Assembly: GCF_009914755.1 (NCBI RefSeq)
Contig: NC_060930.1
DNA: 64,000 bases
Direction: 5' to 3' (one strand)
Source: the human T2T-CHM13v2.0 reference genome, Homo sapiens
The stretch's first letter is position 1; each line of letters opens with the position of its first letter. The position numbers and the translations under genes are program-made. Below, piece after piece: positions 55,701 to 64,000 of the stretch. The notes beneath the pieces are model-generated. The model had not been told where the DNA came from. It searched no databases and saw nothing but the letters and a program-made list of their open reading frames with translations.

Positions 55701-58700
55701 TGGATATAAGTTGTTTTGCACAAAAGGGTGACAAATAATGATGAAAGACACCAGAGTGCTCTCATGTGTGGCTTCGTCAAGAAGGAGAAAAGAGATTATT
55801 GCAGCTGAACTGATCACATGGAATTTGCTGGGCCTTCCCTTTCCCCCCACCCCCACCCCCATCACCACCATGTGCCCTACTAAAATGCAGTTCTTACAAT
55901 CTACGAACGATCCAGCTGAATAACACACAAAAATTGATCCTATTAACAATGATCTTTAGAATGTTCAAGGACATAACGCCGCTTTTGTAAGCCTCCAACA
56001 TAAGCATTCTCAAATCCTTTAAGGAGCAAATTGTTTCTGGTTTTGTCGTTTTCTTCCTAGCAAACTGTTGCCTTAAAACAGAGCTTCTGTGGGGTGGGGG
56101 GAGCCGCACAAGCCTCCAGTTTAAAACAATGTTCTCACTGGCCTTCCTAGCAACTGAGATGTCACTTATATTTTTAATTAACATTTTAGTCCCCTAAAAT
56201 TATTTAATACTAAGCAAACATGTTAATGATGTAAAAATCAATGCTAAGAAAAGTGGCCGAAGAGATAATAGGTAAAATTAATTATTTTATGACCTATGGG
56301 GTGTTCAATGGTTCTTTTGTTTAAAAAAGAAAAAAATAAACTTCATTACTCTTACAGGGAGTATTTATGATCTTTATGGAAAGAATGAGTCTGTGTCCCA
56401 AATTACTGAACATTTATGTGCCTGTGTAAGTCTGGATTTTTCACCCCCTTTTCTAGCATCTAAGTGGCTTTTATGTTCAGCAGCACTGAGGAAACTGTGG
56501 GCTTCCTCCTCCTCCTGGTGAGCTTACTCCTTTTTCTTCTCCTTTTCTTTCTGTTTTAGGGAATTGCCTCTGCTACCTCAAAGGCAGTTTTCCAAATATC
56601 TGCATCCCATGCCCTCCCTGAGCCTCGTGGCTCAGCTTCGCCTACTCTTTTCAACCAGCCTTCAGGCACTGAGGTCTGTGGCCCTAACTGCTGGCCCTTA
56701 CCTCAAAGTTTCCTTGGTAGTTTTCTTACTTAAGCTGTGAGACACATCATATGAAAGACTGTAACTCATAACTGTGTGCGTAATTGTGCAGACATTTCAG
56801 CAAGAGGATGCTGGCTGTTTCATACTCTGCTTTAGATCTTTCAAAATAGAAACTCTCTCTACTCTCCCCTCTGCCCGCCCCCCACTTGCCGCCCCACTTC
56901 ATTTCTAATCAAGCTGTTACTTGCAGGCATTTTCATTATTACACGAGGAGTGTAATACACAAAAACTTGGGCTTTGTAGTCATAATATGCTGCCAGTGGT
57001 TACAGAATCCAGAGAAAATTCACTGATGACTACAGATAAAGGTTGCGGTTTTGAACTTCTCACAATGGGCACTTTATGAATAACACCAATGGTGACAATT
57101 CTACATTAAAAGAGAATGCCTATAATTAGGCCTTGGACACACATGTTAATAAGTGAGGAACAGCTATGTCTTCCCACAATAGAGCCTGATCATTTCCATC
57201 AGGGACTGAGAGTCAGAAAAATGTTTTCCTTCATTAAGTTCTACTCATTCTGTGTTGGCTTTTTAAGTTCTTCAAAATTGAGGCAGGAGAAATTTATTTG
57301 GAAGAAGAGCAGCCTCTCTATTCCCCTCCCCAAGTTAAATTCTGAGAATAAAACGATGGGCCTTAACCGTTTTCTTTAACCCCCAAGTCCCTTTGTGTGG
57401 CAATATGGCTTTCTATTGAAGGTTCCAACAGTGGGGGAGGATTCAGATCTGTGTACAGACGAAGCCCCAGTGGCAGACAAAATGAGGTTTAGTATCATAG
57501 GGTTGCAAGAATTAAAAAAAAAAAAAAAAAAAAGATGGAAGGTGGATAATGAAGATGAATCTGGTTAGAATTGAGAAGAGAGCTCTCGGACCTAAGAAAG
57601 CACCTTCCCTTTACAGCCATCTCCTCCCCATTGTGCTGCCGCCCACATGACATAAAAGCCCTCAGATGGAAGCCCCTATTTATCCTGAATGGCAACAGTT
57701 CATTTTTGAGATGACCACATTCAGGGTCTGTAATCGGCCACCGTAAATAATATTTTACGTTTAAAAAGTATATACATGTAGTTGTTGAGAATGAGTTAAT
57801 TAAGAGGTTTCCTTGTTGTTTGTTTTGTAATATCTTCAAAGAAAAAAGTTTAACAATTAAAGATTTGATTGTATTAATCCAACTTGCCCCATTTCTATCT
57901 TTTGAAAAGGAAAATATAAAAAGACTTTGTAAGCTGAAAACAACTATAGAACAATGTAAGATGTCACCAGCATTCACCCTCCTATTGCTTTGGTCAGTCA
58001 CTTCTCTTTTCAGAAAAGAAAACCTGGTTTACTTGATGTTGTTGCTGTAGTTTTTAACAGAATCTTTCAACACACAAACACTAAATGGAGTCAGTGAAAC
58101 ACTTCTAGTAATAATTTCTTTATCTGTTTAAATTTAAATTTTCTTCTCTGAAAAAAGTGATTGATTTCAATAGTTTCAAAAAATTTTATTGAAAGTGGGA
58201 GGAGAGGCTCTTCATGTCAAGAAAAGGTATTTTCTGAAGCCTCTGAAGAGTCCAGCATTTTATTCTTATGCCCCATGTACAGTGGGAGGGAAATTAAGAA
58301 GTTTGAATGGGAACCGAAAGAACTGTTCTTTGTGCAGCTCAGTCTCTCCTGATGTGGTATGTGTTCCAGGAAAGAGGACAGGCACTGAGACTAAACACAA
58401 AAATCAAAATGGATTTTACTCCGCCTCCAGTAAACAGCATGGCACAAAAGTCCATTGTGCTATGAGATAACTGCTAAGATGAATGGAGTTGGCTGTCACG
58501 GAGGTGATTGTGGGGCCGGTCTCTATTGGATCACAGTCCAGGACTGAATTCCTTTCTGGTTCATCAGGGTCTGTTGGTACCACAGGAAGTGTCATGATCC
58601 TTTTTTTCACTAGGGCCAGATGGTGTCCTTTTTGAGGCCTTACTAATGCCCAGTTTTCCACATGTAAAACTCCTGGGAAAATGACCTAACTCACAGCTGC

Positions 58701-61700
58701 TTAGTGAGGCTTGAGCAGGCCTTTAGAAAGACTTCTGTCAAGAACAAGGAGATTGTACCACTACCAGAGTAAAGGGGGAGGCTCTGGCCAGAAATGTATC
58801 AATTACAAACTATTTTTAAACGACCATCATAATTTGAATTGTGATTTGCACAATGTATGTCTTCATAGGCAGTGGCTAAAAGGATATTTCACAAAAGCAA
58901 CTAATGGCTAGGGATGCTGATTGTTTTCCTAGCAGAACTTTTACCTTCCTTGAGAGCAGATGGCCTGAATAAGAAGAGAAAATGTGGTCCAGAAGGGTCG
59001 GGAAAGGACAAAAAGTGAAAGATTCCCTAGATAGCTGCAAGGAGCCTGGGGAGAGGGGAGGGATCCTAGTGTTAAAAAGAGCTGGAAAAAGTGGAAACTT
59101 TTGATGCATGTGGGTTGTGTTTACTGATGAATTGAATGATTCCCAAGAGTAGACAACTGCAGGTGTGATATTTAGAAAGCAGGATGCCTTTTCTATTAGC
59201 CGAGTTATAGTGAGAACACATCAAAGTTGTTATAGGGGTTCAGTATGAGATTCATACTGAAAGTTACTGTAGGATTTTTTCCCATCCTAAAAAGCATTAG
59301 CAATAATTACCTTTGGGATAAAGCTACTCTTAATAGCTTTATCTCTGCTTTTGAATCTTTGCTTATTTTTGTGCATTGAGTAGCAATTGGTCCTTACTTA
59401 TTTGTGGGTGCATTTTACCCTATATGGGAATTTTTTTTATCCTGATTGTTTTCACCTTGTTTAAAGCGGTTCTTTTACTAGCTATAAGAGTTCTTATTAA
59501 CTTTTTGATTAATTAATTTGTAACAAATGACAGATTTTTCATGTCATTTTTGAATGGTTGGTTCAAATTAAAAAAATAAATAAATACAAAGCCTAAAGCC
59601 ATATAAAAGGAGGTTTGTATTTTTTTCATCCAAACTATAGCCAAAAAAAAATTGCAAACAAATGAAGCATCAGAATAATTACTGTGAGGATCTCTTTCTA
59701 TAAGGTTACTTTTCTTTTTTAACCTACTTGCAAATTTGCATAACTTTCAGGTCACAAAAATCTTACATTACTGGAGGGAGGAAGGAAAATTAATGTAAAA
59801 CATTTGACTCATGTTTTCACTCAAGTGCTTAACATTAAGTCTATTGAAAGAAATGTTTCATCTCACATATTTAAACCTAACAATTGCTGTGTAGCAAATG
59901 AAAGATCAGCAACATAAGATGAAAGCAATACCTTCACAATTTTCATTGTCTAAGATTTTTGATAAAAAGACATAAGACAGTGATTAGCTATTTTTATTAC
60001 TCTAATCTTAAAAAGCATCAATGTCCATAATTTGCAGATTATTGACTTTATTGTTTGTGATTGTTTCACAGAACCTTGCTTCCCATATATAACTGATCAC
60101 AGCTTATGCCAGGATGAGAATTGTCATAAAGTAACGTAACATTTCATAAAAATATGTTGAGAGGCTGCCAACTTCAAAGGGTGATTGATACTTTGCTCAA
60201 GTGGTGCCAGTTTAATTCACACTTTAAAATGCCCAGCTCCATGGGGAACTTGGAAATGTACATGTAGGACACTAATCTGAGAGGATAGGAGAGAAGGAAG
60301 TACATTCTCCTCTGGTTAGCAACCAGCAGCATTACAACAAAGATGCAACAACTTATTAAAGGCATAATTTGTTTATTAGCTTGTCTTTATTTTTAAACAA
60401 TAATAGAACTCAGTAGAAACAGTTTTAAATATAATTCTTAAATATAGTTTTAAAAATAATTGGTAGTTATTTTGCTTTTGTTTTAAAAATGTGCCCCACT
60501 GCTGGGGCCCAGGTCAGCAGAACAAACACAGGTATCTTGCATACCTGTACGATCCACGTAGTACCGCTAAGGAGCCCCAGAGACAGAACCAGGATTTCCT
60601 CCACTGGGTCAGTTACATGCAGCCTGGCTTTTAGCAGAAACTAGCCTGTCTCCTTCTTTTCATGGGCAGGGTTACGTTTTGTTGTGGCACAAAGAAATCC
60701 TTTCCTCCCTTGTTCACAAAGCCGCACAGCACTGGCTCTCCTTTATCAACTGCTCTTTTCTTTCTCTGAATGCTATATTTTTTTTATTTACATAAGAATT
60801 CTTGTAGATGTTTTATTTACATATGTATTCACTCATTTCAGATGAATAGAAGGAAGTGATGAAACCCTAAACCCAAAAGCACATTTTTACAAAGACTAAA
60901 AACCATCTCTGTAGCTGTCACTGTGCCAGAAAGTAACTCTAATCTTGCTTTTATCTGTCTTAATTGTTGACAATTGTCTTAATTGTCTTACTCTTCAGTG
61001 CTTGGGTAGAAATTCATAGAGTTTGCAGTGCCTTTCCAAGAGTCAAGTTTGATGCCCACTAGTTTTCTTGTGAGACAAAGAGGAAGGAAAGGGTACTATC
61101 TGAAGAAAGCCTCTCTGATTTGGGAGATGCTGTTCAGTTATTAGAATGGATCATCAAAGAAAGAAAGAACCATCCTGAGCCACATATGAGTAATCATAAT
61201 ACATTTATGAATTTTATCACATAACTACTAAAAAGCAAAGAGTATTCTTTTAAAATATTCACAAATTAATCTTTGACATTACTTATTTAAATAATTTTTT
61301 TTCAAGAATATCCATTCATACAGAGAGTAAAAATTCAAATTGACCAGTTCAATATTTATTTGTGGCAGAAACTAGAACTTTCATATGTTTTCAATATTGT
61401 AACTTCTGGCAGTGGGAAGAGAGACTTTCTTGTTGAAAATTTTAATGTCATTTCCCAAACAAAAGACTTGGTTAATTTTGAAAATAAAAATCCTTCAGTT
61501 AGTTTTCTCATTGTGGGAATATATGTGAAATATGCTCTTCATATTTTTAAACTGTACTAAATAAGAAATAATCCTTATTATTCCCTGAGGCTTCCTGCAT
61601 GTTTGAAAGTTGTGATATCTCAGAATTTATCCTATAAACTATTGACATCGTCCAAAGTTTTACTCCTGTTTTTACCGTTGTTATCAACAAATATTCATTG

Positions 61701-62359
61701 AAGCATCTCCTTCATCCAAGTAATGAGGCTGGACATTAGCAATTAAAACAAAAAAAAAAAGAAGAAGAAGGAATCAGACATAGACCTCTTCTATAAGATG
61801 TCTGTGAGAATCTTCAATAATAAGTTCATTAGAAACAGGCAGTATGTGTGCTGGAGCGTCTAGAAGGACCTCTTAGAAGGGCGTTTTAGATATTAGCATC
61901 CAAATCCCATCACATTCTTTTCCTGCCCTTTGATTTCTTGAAGACTGTATATACAATAGGAGCTCAATAAATGTTACTGTTGTTAAGATCTAGCTATTGT
62001 CAGCCAATCTGCCACTGTAAAAATTTCACTTGACTCATTCTTTACAATATTTCTGGAAGACAGGGTTGCTATTGTGGCTGCTATTGTTTAATCTGTTTTC
62101 TTGGATTATTTGGATTACTCCAAAATCTTTTCATTAATTAAAATTGTAAAACTACTTTCAGTGAATTAATACCACAGATTTGTTAGTTCAGTCTGGGTTG
62201 TGAAAGGGTCTGAACCCAGGTCATGGGGTTAGTATTTGGCTCATGCATCTCTTGTTCAAAACATTCATTCACCTGCAAGTTATTTAAGAAAGACCAGTTG
62301 ACCATGTAGGTATCCCCATGACATGAGCATACATTAAGAAAGAAGGGGTTATAAATCCA

Positions 62360-62700
62360 TAGATTTTGCAGCTGAAAGGAAACTTATAGACCATCCAACA
62401 ATTTCATTCTTCATAGAAGAAAAGTCAAAGTGGAGAAAGGACTTTGTCTTATTCATCTATGGTACCTGAAGCACAACAAAATCATAATAAATTATAAATC
62501 TTGGTGCTTAGTATGAAGCTAAGTATTTATATACATGGTCTCATTCTCACCATAAAATCTGAAGGGGGTGCAAATTTCTAGATTTTTGTGAATGACAAAA
62601 CTGAGACTTTCAGAGATGAAGTAATATGCTCAGGTTCCATAGCTAATAAAGTAAAATCACAATGAATCTTACTCTGAAGCCTAAATTCCCTTCCTCACCC
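62360..62700 (-). mobile_element. MIR fragments
   Basis: gctgaaaggaaacttatagaccatcca; aaactgagactttcagagatgaagtaatatgctcagg. Confidence 0.55.
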
Positions 62701-63177
62701 ATTATTATAGGTGATTTTATGATTTTATATTAGGTACTAAAAAATGATGTTGAATTTGTAATACTAAAATTTCCTGGTCAATAGATACAATGAATGGAAA
62801 CAGAGAGAGAGTGAGAGAGAGAAGTGGGGGAGGGAAGAAGGGAGTAGAATGGAGGATAGGAAAAAGAAAGAAACCTCAGTACTGTAACTTTATGATTTTT
62901 GCATTTGCGTCCTTTGATTTCAGTCCAATATTATAATACTTAAAACCAAATTCTACCAGATTATTAGTCAATGACTCCTAATTAGTAAACTCAGATAAAG
63001 TAAACAATATTAAATCAGTAAGGTAAAAGTTACTATGTAATACAAGAAGCTTATTAATATCAATCTAAAAGCATTAACATTGCTACCTCACCAAGCCCCG
63101 AAAAAAATCACATTAAAACCTCTGCAGTTATATAAACATTACAAACTTTAAAATTCAGTAACCTGGATATAGTTTGA

Positions 63178-63559
<382 letters not shown>

Positions 63560-64000
63560 TAATAATTAATTTTATACCATGCATTAAGTAGTTACTATGT
63601 GCATGACCCTGAGCCAGGTATTACAACATAGTTGAATAAAAGTCTTTATAAAAATGAACACTTTTGTTTTTCCTTTGAGGGTTTCATTAAGTTTTCAATA
63701 TTTTAAGGGTATAGTGTTTTCAGGACAAAAATGACAAAAACCAACAACCAATGTTTTGTTATTTGTTTCAGTTCAGTCTCTATCTCAAGCCAGATTTTTT
63801 ACAGTTTCCTTAGTGAGTGCACTTAACTAACTTGGCTTTCTAGACTTGGTTTAGAAGGCTTTCTTGAAGAAGAGGAAATATGCTGCTTTGAATTAGGATA
63901 ATTTTGAAACACCTATGCTTTGACTTTAGAAAGCACCACCACGCTATGACTTTAGAAAGCATTTTGTGAAGTTAGATCAATACTCTTGATTAATTTCTAG

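Overview
Primate (very probably human) AT-rich genomic DNA. There is no prokaryotic content, no CpG island and no long intact coding exon that I recognise, and most of the longer ORFs in the supplied track fall inside transposon remnants. The window is dominated by interspersed repeats: seven Alus, HAL1, L1MC1, an internally deleted L1MD, L2/MIR/CR1 relics, MLT1 LTRs and MER DNA transposons. A fully resolvable three-layer nest lies at 29465-34212: a THE1A provirus carrying a MER11 solo LTR and an L1PA, with all three target-site duplications (TSDs) intact. Two things are not explained by repeats or by the ORF track. (1) A minus-strand cluster of short segments bounded by splice sites (15573 down to 979) can be spliced from an ATG next to an ETS-IRF (EICE) motif into a signal-peptide-like N-terminus followed by phase-1 Ser/Thr/Asn-rich mini-exons. 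This is a candidate unannotated or decayed cell-surface glycoprotein gene running off the left edge. (2) A 38-nt tailless retrocopy of exactly the 5' exon of intron-containing tRNA-Ile(TAT), with a TSD, sits at 43179-43216. The stretch from about 42.6 to 63.2 kb has no recognisable primate-specific insertion and contains enhancer-like unique sequence. Repeat subfamily names come from remembered consensus sequences, not from a search. Boundaries of ancient repeats are approximate.
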